The notes under the pieces were generated by a model. That model did not search any database. It was not told where the DNA came from and was given only the letters and a program-made list of their open reading frames with translations. Below are positions 1-12,100 of a stretch of DNA of 32,243 nucleotides, in pieces. Made by a program: the position numbers and the translations under genes. The DNA is from Catajapyx aquilonaris (lineage: Eukaryota), in contig JYFJ02004435.1 in assembly GCA_000934665.2 (NCBI GenBank), positions 1-32,243 of the forward strand, in the 5' to 3' direction. How positions within the stretch are numbered: the first letter of the stretch is position 1; each line of letters opens with the position of its first letter.

Positions 1-977
1 TCTGTCGCACCGGAACCCGCGTTCCAGGAGGAGTAAGAAGGAAATCAGTCTTGGCGCATTCAAATCTGGCGCGCAAAGACATAATAATAATAATAATGTT
101 TTATTATTATGGTCAATATTCTTCCCATAATAGCGGGCTAAATGGTTGCTGTTAAAATTATAAGTATGTGCAGCGCGCGCCATCGCAAACCCCGCATTTT
201 GTCCTTTTTTATTTGCAGCCACCTGGCGGCATTTGCCGAAGCTCTTGGATTCGGCATCGGCTCGCCAACCTATGTATAGTACCTACAAGACAATTTTAGG
301 TACTGTAACCTATGTGGATAAGGAAATTATGCGCCTAGAAGCTACCGTACCACTAGAGTCAAAATGACCGTATGTCGCCGGAAGTTACCGTACATTTAAA
401 AACATGGCATTTTGTGAATGAAACAGTAGGGGGAAATATTAGATACCCGTAAATATGTCCTCCAGAATGTGTTCCTTACACGTCCCCTGAAATATTTATG
501 CCACTAACTTGACTACTGTAGTCACGCTCACAGGGGAAGGCACACTATTCAAAATAAGCGTCGGCCAGGTCGGTCACTTATTACTGTACCCATACATAGC
601 TTATTCTTAAGGAAGTTTTAGAACTAAAGAAAAGGCATGTGCAACTTGCTGTAACAGGCAAAACGCGAAAAGGACACTAGTCGTTTGAGATAGCATTTGT
701 GTCAAAAAGGATCCAAAGATATGGGCCATTATGTGGCTGTCTTGGTTTTGGGGGAAAACATTATTAACACATTTTCATGGCCAAGTGGTCGTTCATTTTC
801 AGACGAGGCAATACAACATTAAACACTCTTTGACGAACATAGTAGCACTCCCTACACATGGTCATTTACGATGTAGTTAATTTTAAAGTGTCATTGATCA
901 TATGAACCTCTGAAACGATCACAGTACTACACTGTCGCTCAGTTTCCACTTGTACATAAGTGGAAAAGAAACTCTTA

Positions 978-1135
978 TGGCCGATTTCTCGAACAGTAGT
1001 TCATTTTAAACCCGGTTCAAACTTAGTTTAAACTCTGCTTTATTTGTTGCGTTTCCTAGGATACTTCAAAGTAACAATGTTTCTAACAAACTTAAACCCG
1101 GATCACAGTTGAACTCCTGTTCGAGAAACTGGCCA
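978..1135. mobile_element. PIF/Harbinger (Tourist-like) MITE
   Basis: TIRs TGGCCGATTTCTCGAACAG / CTGTTCGAGAAACTGGCCA; TTA at 975-977 and 1136-1138. Confidence 0.75.
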
Positions 1136-1523
1136 TTATTTACACTTAATTTTACACTAATTCAAGTGGAATTGACGGCAGTTTTTAAGCGGAAAAACCT
1201 GCCCCAATTCTTCTTAAATATGTGTTAAATCTATTTTTCACTTGTACTATGGAAATGACTACGGTTTTAAGTAGATTTGCATTTAAATAAGTGAAACATT
1301 ATTGTCCCACTTACACAGAAAACGTGGCAACAGAACGAGAGGCTTGTATCCTGACTCTCGAGAGCCACCCATGCGTCTCTCTTGTTCAAAGGGAGGTCTG
1401 GCTCCCAGGATGAATAATTTATGTGAAGCCTGTGACATCATCATGTTGAACAATAGGATATCATTGATTTTACGATGCTTCATATTTTGTCATAGAATAT
1501 AGTTTTCTGTCTATAATAAAATG

Positions 1524-1560
1524 TACGAGGGTGGATCAAATGAAAGCTATAAATGTGCAA
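1524..1560 (+). mobile_element. Solo mariner-like terminal repeat
   Basis: TA|CGAGGGTGGATCAAA resembles TA-CGAGGG mariner ends; no partner end found. Confidence 0.35.
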
Positions 1561-1639
1561 TATTTTATTAAGCCGTTTGGGACACCAAACTAGCATAGCA
1601 TCTGATACTGTAGTAGCTCATCAAATGGTATGGTATGGT

Positions 1640-2099
1640 CAGAGAGCATATACTACATAAGAGGCGCAAACTTCTGTCGGCGCCTTTGATGTTCGCGTCT
1701 CTCTGTTTATAGGGCGTTGCCAAGGCTGGCGGCCATGTTGAAGTGTGTGGTATGCCAACGAGGTATAAATAGGGTACAGGCTAAAATAAGGTCCGCCATC
1801 TTTGATGGTTTTGGCGGCCATGGCAACTACACGGCAAGAACACGCGCGAATTTGAATTCGATATTGGAATGGGTAAGTAAATTGTTGTTGCCGTGTATAG
1901 CCATGGCAGCCAAAACCATCAAAGATGGCGGACCCCCGCGGACCCCACCAACGTGGGTACGGCCTGCCTGTACCCTATTTACCTCGTTGGCGCACCACAC
2001 ACTTCAAGATGGCCGCCAGCCTTGGCAACGCCCTATAAACAGAGAGACAGAAAAATCGAATGTTTGCGCCTCTTATGTAGTAGGTATATATGCTCCCTG
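1640..2099. mobile_element. Foldback MITE, P-element-like
   Basis: About 200-bp imperfect inverted arms (approx. 1640-1839 and 1884-2099); ends CAGAGAGCATATA / TATATGCTCCCTG; exact 7-bp TSD GTATGGT at 1633-1639 and 2100-2106. Confidence 0.8.
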
Positions 2100-2109
2100 G
2101 TATGGTACA

Positions 2110-2110
<1 letters not shown>

Positions 2111-2178
<68 letters not shown>

Positions 2179-2303
2179 TTAATAATAATAATAATAATAA
2201 TAATAACAATAACAACAACAACAACAACAATAATAATAATAATAACTATAACTATAATAATAATAATAACTATAACAATAACAACAACAACAACAATAAT
2301 AAC

Positions 2304-2341
<38 letters not shown>

Positions 2342-2410
2342 TAACAATAACTATAACAACAACAACAACAACAATCTATAACAATAACAATAATGATAAT
2401 AATAATAATA
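2111..2410. repeat. Compound (AAT)n/(AAC)n microsatellite
   Basis: About 300 bp of AAT with AAC/ACT variants; lies at the 3' end of the minus-strand SINE. Confidence 0.97.
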
Positions 2411-2755
2411 TTGGGTAGTGCTGACCTTCTCGGTATTGCACGAACCGTTATTTATTTTGCAATTTTTTACATACACACTTACGTTTTCGTCGCAACACCC
2501 TGGTCCACGGGCATGTGGGGAAGGGGAGGTTCCCAAGGGAGGGCGCTCGTAAATAGTTTCTAGTCATTGCAGACCATCATAGCACCAGACCTTTTCTCTT
2601 GGCTCTGGGCAGAGTAGGGAGTGCGAGTCTGCCTGGCATGTCGGGTGAAAAGCGGAAAAAGACCCGACCAAGCAGAGATGACGGGGACGGGATTTGAACA
2701 CCGGATCTCCCGCCTGGCTGTCTAGTAGCATAGCCACTAGGCCACCATGCTCCCC
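2411..2755 (-). mobile_element. tRNA-derived SINE
   Basis: Minus strand starts GGGGAGCATGG; A-box TGGCCTAGTGG (2744-2734); B-box GTTCAAATCC (2699-2690); the body runs into a (TTA)n tail. Confidence 0.75.
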
Positions 2756-4444
2756 TTGGTACGTTACTGCCCATTGTTTCAGGCGGTTTCCAGAATATTT
2801 GAGTGCGAATCGTACAGCAGGAGTTTGGATTGGTAAAAAAAGTTACCTGACTGCCTCTTGCTTGGGTGAAGTGATGGCCACCCTATAGTTGGGACTTCGT
2901 CATCTTTGACAACGTGGTTTTATAATACTAAAATACCATCACTCACAGGGTGTATCCCTAATTGAATTGTGCGTTTTAGATACCAAAATGTTGACACTAT
3001 TGTGTATACTGCTTCATATTCAGCAAATACTTTTGAACATAATACTCTATATTTAAAATGAAGACTTGAACTTGTAGAACTTTCAGTTATATTTAACTGG
3101 TTTCGAACTGTGCTGATGGTTAAATGGATACTGCATTATCTATTAGGCTACATGATGATATTTTCACAAATTATGTAGGGGACTGTAAGTTCTCTCACTA
3201 TAAAAAACCGGATACGTTTCAAGATTATTCTGGCTTTAAGGACGGTCGCCACGACTGTCGCTGTTATGTATGTATAGGGTTGAATAGCCCCTCAGGAACA
3301 GGCAGGGCATGGGTGGCCAGAATAGTTCAAAGATTCATCATGATTATTCGATTCTCAACGGGTACCCGTTCAGATTCATGAGTCTATTTGAAATGCAGAG
3401 TGATCAGAGCCATGCCAGTCATTATTCATTTCGAGATAAGGGCTTAAAGCTTCGAGAGTTCATTATCCTTTATTCAAACATTTCTCTAGGGTTTGAAATT
3501 GCTTTATTATGATAAATGGAAATTAACATCAGCATGTACGTGTCGAGAATTAAATTTAGAATTATTTACTCAATTTCCACCAAATTGTGACCCTGATAGT
3601 TCTGCATTAATTTTTGTGTCTTATTCCTTTGATATTTTACTATCCCCATTATTATAATAAAGATACTTTGTAGTCTACAGTACAGTACTGTAGGCCTACA
3701 GGATATTGAGGTTGTATGTAGACGGTTTTTGTCGCTATACATCCAAGTGCATTGTACGTAGCAATGAGTGTATCCAGGCGCAAATTCAGATGATTATATT
3801 CAATATAACTGTAGGCTACTCAAGTTAGTACCCTCCCTATATAGTAATGGGAGACTTTTGGTAGTTCTACATTAGTATGGGCTTATAACCACATATCTTG
3901 AAATATACTATTCAAGTTTGCGAACTGATGTGATATTTTAGCCATTATTTTGGCGAATTATATTCAGTAAAATCGTATTATCAATCTCATTAGATAAGTA
4001 TGCGCGTACATGAATCTTGTTTTGGTAAATGTATGGAGTATAAAAATTTGAGTTTCACGCCAAGTTAGTCATCCAAGCTATAACATCCATATAGTTTCCT
4101 AATTTTACACGCTGAAGTTATATTAAAGGACTTGGATCATGGTGAGGGACAGAATTTTTAGTTCAGTTTATAACATCTTGGGATAAAGTATATTGTATTC
4201 ATAATATGAGGTGCGATGCTATAAAAGTGTATAATATTACCCCAAGACTCCAAGAGCATACTGTATGATGAAATAACAGTTCTGTATTAAAATATGTGAA
4301 AGACAGAATGATTTTTCATATTAGGCCCTACATAAAGAGTACATCATTCAACTTCTTTAAAAAATCTAATATTCAGAAAGAGGCTGACTTGTTGCATTTT
4401 TTCAATTAACATTGTAACTTGCAGAGATAAATATTGTAATTTAA

Positions 4445-4891
4445 CCCTGTACCGCGCATTGTGACTTGAGGGCAACAATTAATTTGCGCAGGCGCCATAA
4501 GCTTCAACGTTGGTCCTGGAAACCACAGTGTGGCTTGATGTCACAGTTAGTTAGTTAGCTTCCTCTAGATGACGGGCAATGTCGACAATTTATACGGTCA
4601 GGATACGGTATGAAGCGGAAAGAAGCCAAGGTCATTGAAAATGGCGCGAAATTTGAATTTGCTGAAGCAGCAATTGTTTCTGGAGCTCATTAGATATAGG
4701 TGCAGATATTAAATATACAATTACATGTGTAAACTGCAAAGAGTAGCTCTGTCGTCGCCATTTGCGGCCATTCTAATTTTGCCAGTACAATTTCATCACA
4801 ATTTTTTGGCGGCGCAGGCACAATATTGCTTGAGGTTTGAGTCCTAAGTCATTGTGCGTATTTTTATTCAAAAACGGTAACATGTACAGGT
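4445..4891. mobile_element. Degenerate piggyBac-like non-autonomous element
   Basis: TTAA|CCCTGTAC at left, GTACAGGT|TTGA at right; subterminal inverted match CGCATTGTGACTT / AAGTCATTGTGCG. Confidence 0.45.
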
Positions 4892-4913
4892 TTGACCATT
4901 ACTACGTTTTTAA

Positions 4914-5125
4914 GGTCCGGCGATTACAATTTGGACTGGAATATAGATGACCCCGAGATCTCAAGGGGAGCCGGTAAACGAAAGGGGATCGTGACCCCCC
5001 ACCCCGAGCTGCATGCGACGGTGGAATGGTGGGGGTTATGATCACCTTTGGTTTTTCTGCCCCCCCCCCCCTCCCCTTGCGATATGGATGCCATCTATAT
5101 CAGATCAAATTGTAATCGCCGGACC
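4914..5125. mobile_element. TTAA-flanked hairpin MITE (Kolobok-like GG..CC ends)
   Basis: Perfect TIR GGTCCGGCGATTACAATTT / AAATTGTAATCGCCGGACC with further inner inverted matches; TTAA at left, TTCA at right. Confidence 0.7.
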
Positions 5126-5532
5126 TTCAAAACTTAGCAAAGGTCATCTCTGTATGTGTTGCTGTTTTTGAATTTTTAAAAATACTCGCCATGACTTTTG
5201 ACTCAGCCCATGTAACTTCAAAGTCATTGGGTCAGAGATGACCAACACATAATAAAAGCCATCCTTACGTCGCCTATGATGAGAAAAAGGCATTATATTT
5301 TTTTCTCCCCAAAATCCCAAATGTGTGCAGTACATAGTTAAAGAATGTTTGCTCCATGCTCTAAAAATATAGGTCCTCTAAATAGTCTACAGTCTACAGT
5401 CTACAGTCTCTACACTGTACAGCATACTTCTAGCGCATGTGTCTAGGCCTACATCACGTTCTGGAAACATGTTCAGGAATAGGCAGTTGACCATGAGTGT
5501 CTGGTCTTACCGGTATATATTTTCTTGATTAA

Positions 5533-5657
5533 GGGCCGGTTTCATCGAGCTTGGTATATGATAAAACCAGGTTTCTTTAGGAAAATCCATACAAATAGAT
5601 AGGGATTTTGAGAAATACCCTGGTTTTATCATATACTGAGCTCGGTGAAACAGGCCC
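5533..5657. mobile_element. PIF/Harbinger (Tourist-like) MITE
   Basis: About 39-bp TIRs GGGCCGGTTTCATCGAGC... / ...GCTCGGTGAAACAGGCCC; TAA TSD at 5530-5532 and 5658-5660. Confidence 0.8.
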
Positions 5658-5779
5658 TAAGTCTTTGCCCAGGATATTCCTGCTGTGTTGAGAAGTCATT
5701 TGGCTCTCATGCACATTTTATTTCAAATGAGACATTATGTAACGTAAACTACTCTCTTCTTGTTTTAAATCTTAACATA

Positions 5780-6046
5780 CTGTATGAAGCCCTCGGGGAA
5801 GAACGATCACGATCCACCTTAGGTGAAACTGGGATAATCCCATTTTAAATTTCGATGGCTCATAAGGTTCTATTGTAAATCCCACTTTCTGGGCCTTCCA
5901 TAGTGACCTATATGATTACTCCACAACCACGACCACACCATCATATTCTACGCTAGTGAAAGTATCTTCTGAGATATGTAACGCATTTTTGACAAAAGGG
6001 GGACCTTGATCGTTCTTCCCCCGAGCGGCCCGAGGTCTTCATATTG
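5780..6046. mobile_element. TA-flanked MITE (Tc1/pogo-like)
   Basis: Inverted ends TATGAAG-CCTCGGG..GAAGAACGATCA / TGATCGTTCTTC..CCCGAGG-CTTCATA; TA on both sides. Confidence 0.6.
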
Positions 6047-9041
6047 TACTGTATTATAGAGTATAAACTATAAACCGCTTCATTAGGTAGACTCAGGACT
6101 TTTTTAAAAAAAAAAATATTATTGGATTCCTTCAATTTTCTCATAAGGCACTCTGGCACTCTAGTAGACTATTATAGAGGGAGACATTCTCATGCCCTCA
6201 TTTCAATTTAATTCGAGTTTAAAGTCGACAGCGCATTTGTTGTTTACCGTTGTAAATAAAACTTGTTGCCATTTGAGCCTGACTTATTGAAGCGGGCATT
6301 AGCACCCCTATGTAGTGTACCCGGGACATCTATTTGTTCGCTACGTTGCATTGGTGCAATTTTCCCTGTCACAGTAGAATTTGGCTTTCTTGTGTAAAGA
6401 CCTGAACATGATTGGTCCTGCTTGCTATTTGCGTAAGTTAATTGTTAACAATTTGTCAACTAGATATGTGTAACGTGCTATAGTTTATGACTGTTTACAG
6501 TATGTAAATAAAATGCGTTATGGGAACTAGCAACACTGTCATCGGCATAATATATGTAAAACAGAATATTTCTGCGGAGTTACGGCCTATATACATTAAC
6601 TCCAGGGGTATCGACTTCTGAAATTAATTGTTCAAGTAAATCCTCCATATAAATATTGTATACAGTATATATAGACGATTAGATTTTAAAAGGCTCAATG
6701 GGTCTCCATGAAGTAGTCTATACGCATGATGAAATAGGGATTGCGGATGGGGGTAAGAGGGATCATTAGACGGACAGGATGGGGGGTGGTGAAGGAGGAC
6801 CGCTATAATTAAAGGCTTACTTTAGCTGTGGAGTAAATATTTTTGATGGCCCGGACTAATTTAGAGTTCTCAATGCTCAAGTTTCATTGTTTTTTGAAGC
6901 TCATTATTTTGTGATTGATAAAAAACGCTTTAGATAGATCTGCAAGGAAAGGGTACAAGCCCCGTACAGTACGTATTTTGTACTGCGAATTTATGGGGAT
7001 ACCTGAAGTATGCTTGACCTATTGGGAGGATAAATTATTATTGGGTTTATTTTCCGATCAATCCGTTATCTACTTTCCATATTGTAATAGACACCTTAAG
7101 AATACGGTTAAAATATAAGTTATACGCCTGTAAGAGTGTAAGTGAATAATAATTATATCAATGTGTCTTAAATGTGGGTAATTGATTTATTTCCGTGTAA
7201 GAATTTGGAATTTACACACCAACTAGGTCTATTTCATACGGTCAGCATGGTATCCCGGCGTCCTCTACGTCCCCCTTCCTCCTCCGATGCCAAAATGAAC
7301 AAACAATTGAAATGATAAAATTTCCATAAAATGATCTAGTCCTATGGGGTCAAGAATAATAGATTAAACCTAGAAACGGCACCATCTCAAGAGTCATAAA
7401 ATCCCGGTAAGCGTTTGACTATAGCCAGGCAATTGAGCTAACCCCTTTAGTCACATTCGCCTCCCATCCAGTCCGTAACGATTGAGCCCAAAAAAGGGTG
7501 TTTCTTTGGATTTAGAGGACCTTTGAGTCCCCCCAAAACTGCTCCCCAAGGTAACCTAAGCCCTCAGAAGCATTGTAAGTTTGATGTGATCCATGTCATT
7601 ACAACATGCCCCTTCAACCATCACCATCCACCTGCCCCCAACCAACATAGGGAGTACCTTCCGCCTCCGGCTCTTCCTTCGCACTGAAACCAGAAAATGT
7701 GTAATTGTGCGTACAGGTGCGTGCGCTGCTGCGGCATGAATTATTGATCTTTGCCGAAGGCCCTGTTGGCTGATAGGAATGAGGAAAATTGGAGGGTTGG
7801 CTGACTGAATAGGGTGGGGCCAAATGAAGCTAGGGTAGCTGTCAGAAACAATCAGTCTCTCTAGGGCTAGACTGAATTGCGCAAGGGAACCCAATTTGCG
7901 GACCGCCATGGTTGGAGTAAACTAGTTGTGTGTTGCCTGCTTTTAACTGTACCCCCAGCCTACTGCCGGCTCTCTTATTCCGGTGGATCAATGACGTCAT
8001 GTCCCCGGAGCAGGCGCGGGGTCTCCTCCCACAAGGCTTCGATCCAGCCGAAGAATGGCAGAAGCAGACAAGAGAGATACAGTGAAGAGTGAGGGTCACG
8101 CCAAAGTGACAAAGGGTTGGTCCAAGCTCTGACATGGGCGTCTGACCTGCGGTCAGCTTCAGACAGGTCAGCAACTTACTTTATTACTGAGCCTTAATTA
8201 TTATTAGTCTAGAGACACAAGGGCATGCTCTTTTATATGGGTGTACAAATTGGGTCGTGTTTATACTGAATAATTGATGCCTTGTTTCACTGACGGCCAC
8301 TGATAAAACGTTAGTGCCCCGTTTGGGGTACTTGTGCGGAATGATGTCGCGATCAACAAGACACATAGGGGTTCTTTTTTCACGCCTGTGCTATGGAAGA
8401 GTTATATGACAGGGAGGCGGGAATGTGTACAAGGGTGTAATATTTTCAGCATTTAGTGTGTGAACAAACGGGGGGGTAGTATAGGCGAGAACTGTCAACT
8501 GGAGGCTGTAATTGCCGTGCGTTTTCCACAGACTAGACGGTTTGCATTTTTAATATTGAATCGTGCACATGGTGCTGCATGGGGATTATTTCGGACCGTC
8601 GCCAGCGGCGGGATTAGCAGTGTTACTGAAATGGCATTAAATGGCTAGGAAATGCATTTTTCAGTAGTCGGTACAAAAAAATGCAGACCTGTCCATATAG
8701 ATAATTTTTGTGATGTTGTCTGCATAAGCAATTGCATCCTATAACCGTGTAGTTAACAGTAGCTACATTCCATGCATTTCGATTCGTGCGAAGAAAGTTA
8801 TTGCTAATAATTATTAATTCACTATTTCTCCGACATTCTAAGTTAAACAAAAGTTAAACTACCGTTAATTCCTAACAGACAGGTAAAAGTTTGGAGAAAC
8901 TGACTGCACGTCCGGTTAGCAATATCTGCTACACAATATTGTAAATAATCAACAGTAACAAGCGGCGCATGTACCGGTATGTAATGAAAGTGATAAAATT
9001 TCAGGAGTTGTTGATGAAGCGACGATGAAGAAACAGTAATA

Positions 9042-9144
9042 ATGGGAAGGTCATTCTTAATATTAACGGCTATCCTGGCTCTAAGGATTCAAGCCAGAGA
9101 TGCACAAGAGGATGACATTTCGTCGGCTTACATGTGGAGAACAG
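9042..9144 (+). CDS. THSD7A: THSD7-like coding exon 1 (signal peptide)
   Basis: MGRSFLILTAILALRIQARDAQEDDISSAYMWRT-G. Hydrophobic N-terminus, acceptor aaaatttcag ending 9004, phase-1 donor at 9145. Not in the ORF track. Confidence 0.85.
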
Positions 9145-12100
9145 GTGGGACGACATTCTTTAACATGTCATATTTTAAATGATTCCTGCAGGACTATAAG
9201 CTGCATGAAGGAGTTGACTGTCGTAGTGCTTTAGTTATAAATTATTCCTGACGCCATTGTAGTGAGAAGAAAAATGGTTGTCTGAAAGGGTTTGGAACTA
9301 TGCCAATAGTCTGTTCGAGAAAAGGGAGTCTGGAATGTTTTGTGAATGCAGCAAATTGGAAGTTTTAATGTAGCATATGAAAATGCGAGAGTCTTCAAAA
9401 TCCACTATTGATTTTCCTCTCCCTGTAAGTAAAGGGCGGGGTAAAAAAAAGGACAAATCCAGATGTGCCTTCTACTCATGGACATAAATCCTGAAAAGTA
9501 ATTATAGGCTATATCCAGATGACATTTGATTTATGTCCTAGACTATATATCACTCCTGAAAAATCAATTTGAGCTCTCCCTTCTCATCCGTCTTGACGCC
9601 CCTGGCAAATGTCCTTTGGCAGTAATTAACGATCGCAGGAATCCCGCTCGATCTCGAACCCCACCCTGTACTCTCTCGCTCCGTTTCATTCTAACGAGCC
9701 ACCTCCCCTAAAAATTTAGGATCGTGGGGTGAATGCTACCCTACTTCCGGGCTAGATTGTGGCCTAGGAATCCGGAAAAGGTCACTATGGTGCGCCTCAC
9801 GAGACGGCAGAGCTGCCCTGGAATACTTATGTTCCGCACACGAAGCACCGCCTTCAAAACAAGATTGCTTTCGGTCCTGTCATCTGCGTATTAGCAACCC
9901 AACGGTGCTTCCGACTACTGAAGAAGCATTGGTGAAACAGGACTGCGTTGTCGGTCCTTTTTCTGGGTGGAGTCCATGTCCGACTGGTTGTATGCCGGGG
10001 AATAGGACACGCAGCAGGGCGGTTTTGGCTGAACCTTTTGGAGGAGGAAGACCATGTCCACCGTTGACACAAACGGCATTGTGTCGACCGAGACCTGAAT
10101 GTCTGACGGACTCGGAAGAGGTTGAACCAGTACATCATAATAAAAGATTGCTGGTGGGTCAGTGGGGACCTTGCCAGGTCGGAGGCGCACAGGACAGTGG
10201 GCTGGTTCTCAGACCTTTGATTGGACTTCAGAGAAGGTCTCTCACTTGTCGGGGACAGGGTGGAGCCCTTATGGATCTCAGGTGAGTGGAATGTGACGCA
10301 CTCAATTGGATAATCCGTGTAATTGGCTTGGTACTACAAGCTTGGGACAATCTCATCAGCGTGGAGGATTACGAGGATTGTCAACTGAGCGTAACATAGT
10401 ACGTTTACATTTCGTTCATTCACATTTTCGCTCAGCGTAAATCCGGAGCTGGTATGTGGGCGTCAGTATGCGAATTTTTCGGCAGTGCTGGAGGGATATG
10501 AAAGCCATTTACTGGCCATTTATTCAGGAATGATTTTCTTTGCCTACATATAATGGGCAATAAACTGTTCTGCCGAGTGAAGCTCGCAGACTTTTCCGTA
10601 AGATAATTGATTCTTTTCCCGTTACATTAATAATATTCACTGAAAATGAACACGCCGTGAATAATTTATTGAGTACCTCTTAATAGAATACGAGATTTTC
10701 GCATATGTTGAACAGTAATATCGACTAATGTTCCCGACGCAAAATTGGTCCATATTATGCAACAGGCGCAGCAATGCGCATTTAGCTGTGTTTAATATTT
10801 TACCACGGCAATATATCCGAAGTGAATCCATTTCCTGTGGCCATACTAAAACCCAATAAACTTGAATGGCAACTAATATTTTGCTTATTCAATGTCAACC
10901 AGGCGTTTTATGCCGCATCAGTATTCCATACATTCTTTTTCCTCAGACGGCAAACATCCCTAAAGCTCTCTAAGAGTCGTAAATGCCATAAAACTGTCAT
11001 TTTTAAAACCATGTTTTACAGTGGGCCTAACCTTTTCGTTTACTAAAAAATGAAACGCCTTCGAGTTTCCGCCCACGAGTCTATTTACCACTTTAGTGGC
11101 TCCAATTTGTCTTCCTTTATCAAACAATGTTTCTCATTTCTTTTCTACTACGTTTTCTCGGGGTGCTACCAACGGTGTTTGCAGTGTACATAATTCACTT
11201 TTTTTTTCTTGACACCTGCAATAGTGAGTTTCGCTCTATCGACTTTACGAAGCGTATTACTTCTCACCGGGAATGGAGTTGATATAAGCTCCATGGCCAT
11301 AATACACACTTACTGTGCCAAAATTACATTTTTGAATACATTATTACGCCGAACGTATATCCTTTTTATCCTGTCAGTTAGGTAACTTTTTCACTTTACC
11401 TGTTCACCTAAAAGCCTACTCGGTAGGGGTCAGAATTTTTACCGGAAGGTCACAAACAGACGGCTGACTAGAGTATAGGTTTTCCTAATAATATTCAGAA
11501 AATTATTCAGGATAACAATGTTATATGACTCCTAATAAATTAGATATTTGGTCGGCTTCACATAAGATAACGTCGCTTCAAAACCGGCTCCTCTATTGTT
11601 GCATATTCAAATATGGAAATGGACTGTAAAAAAAAACGATATCGTAGCCATGCAGAAAATAAATCCTAATAACTTATTCCTTTCTGTGCAATGCCATCAT
11701 GCATATAGCCTGCAGTACAATGCATCCTCTTTTCCCGCCCGTCTAACCGCTTTTCCTGGAAAATGGAAAAAAGTCTCGGATTCTGCATGTGAATCCCTCA
11801 CCGAGATTGATTAGGTTACTGGAGCCCCTTTGCTCTCCACCCTTACAGTAAGTGAAGTGGAGAAGCCTTTTATACATTTAAGCAACATGCGACCATTTCA
11901 AGCATAGATGCAATCATACCTCGCCCTACCAGGTGATCAGATTACCCAGAACGGAGAAAACCCTATTCCCTAGAAGTAGTTTCATATTACTGACACTTTT
12001 TTTTTTTTTTACTACACTTGTTTTTAATGGGATCGTGTTATGAAATGCACAGGTCCTGCACGCATTCCTTGCCGGTGTCTGTGCGAATGTGCATAGCACC

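Noticed and set aside
215..230. CTCF-like motif CCGCCAGGTGGCTG (minus strand); similar word near 24641
   Set aside because: Single motif matches are expected by chance without chromatin data
1316..1430. Possible minus-strand exon (LHINYSSWEPDLPLNKRDAW...) ending at a GTAAGT donor
   Set aside because: No recognisable homology and no partner exons could be linked
1717..2418. 233-aa and 162-aa ORFs with poly-Ile/Thr/Asn (and antisense poly-Leu)
   Set aside because: Artefacts of the MITE plus the AAT microsatellite
2783..2832. Candidate exon ending ...AGVWIG in phase 1
   Set aside because: The exon at 9042-9144 gives a far better signal peptide and YMWRTG match
7500..8200. GC-richer block with several 70-117-aa ORFs
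   Set aside because: No domain motifs, splice logic or terminal repeats recognised; probably an unidentified repeat
9447..9618. Degenerate inverted repeats (GGACATAAATC/GATTTATGTCC)
   Set aside because: Too decayed to define termini or a TSD
10345..10365. CTGATGA on the minus strand (hammerhead core)
   Set aside because: No stem II or GAAA in the required position
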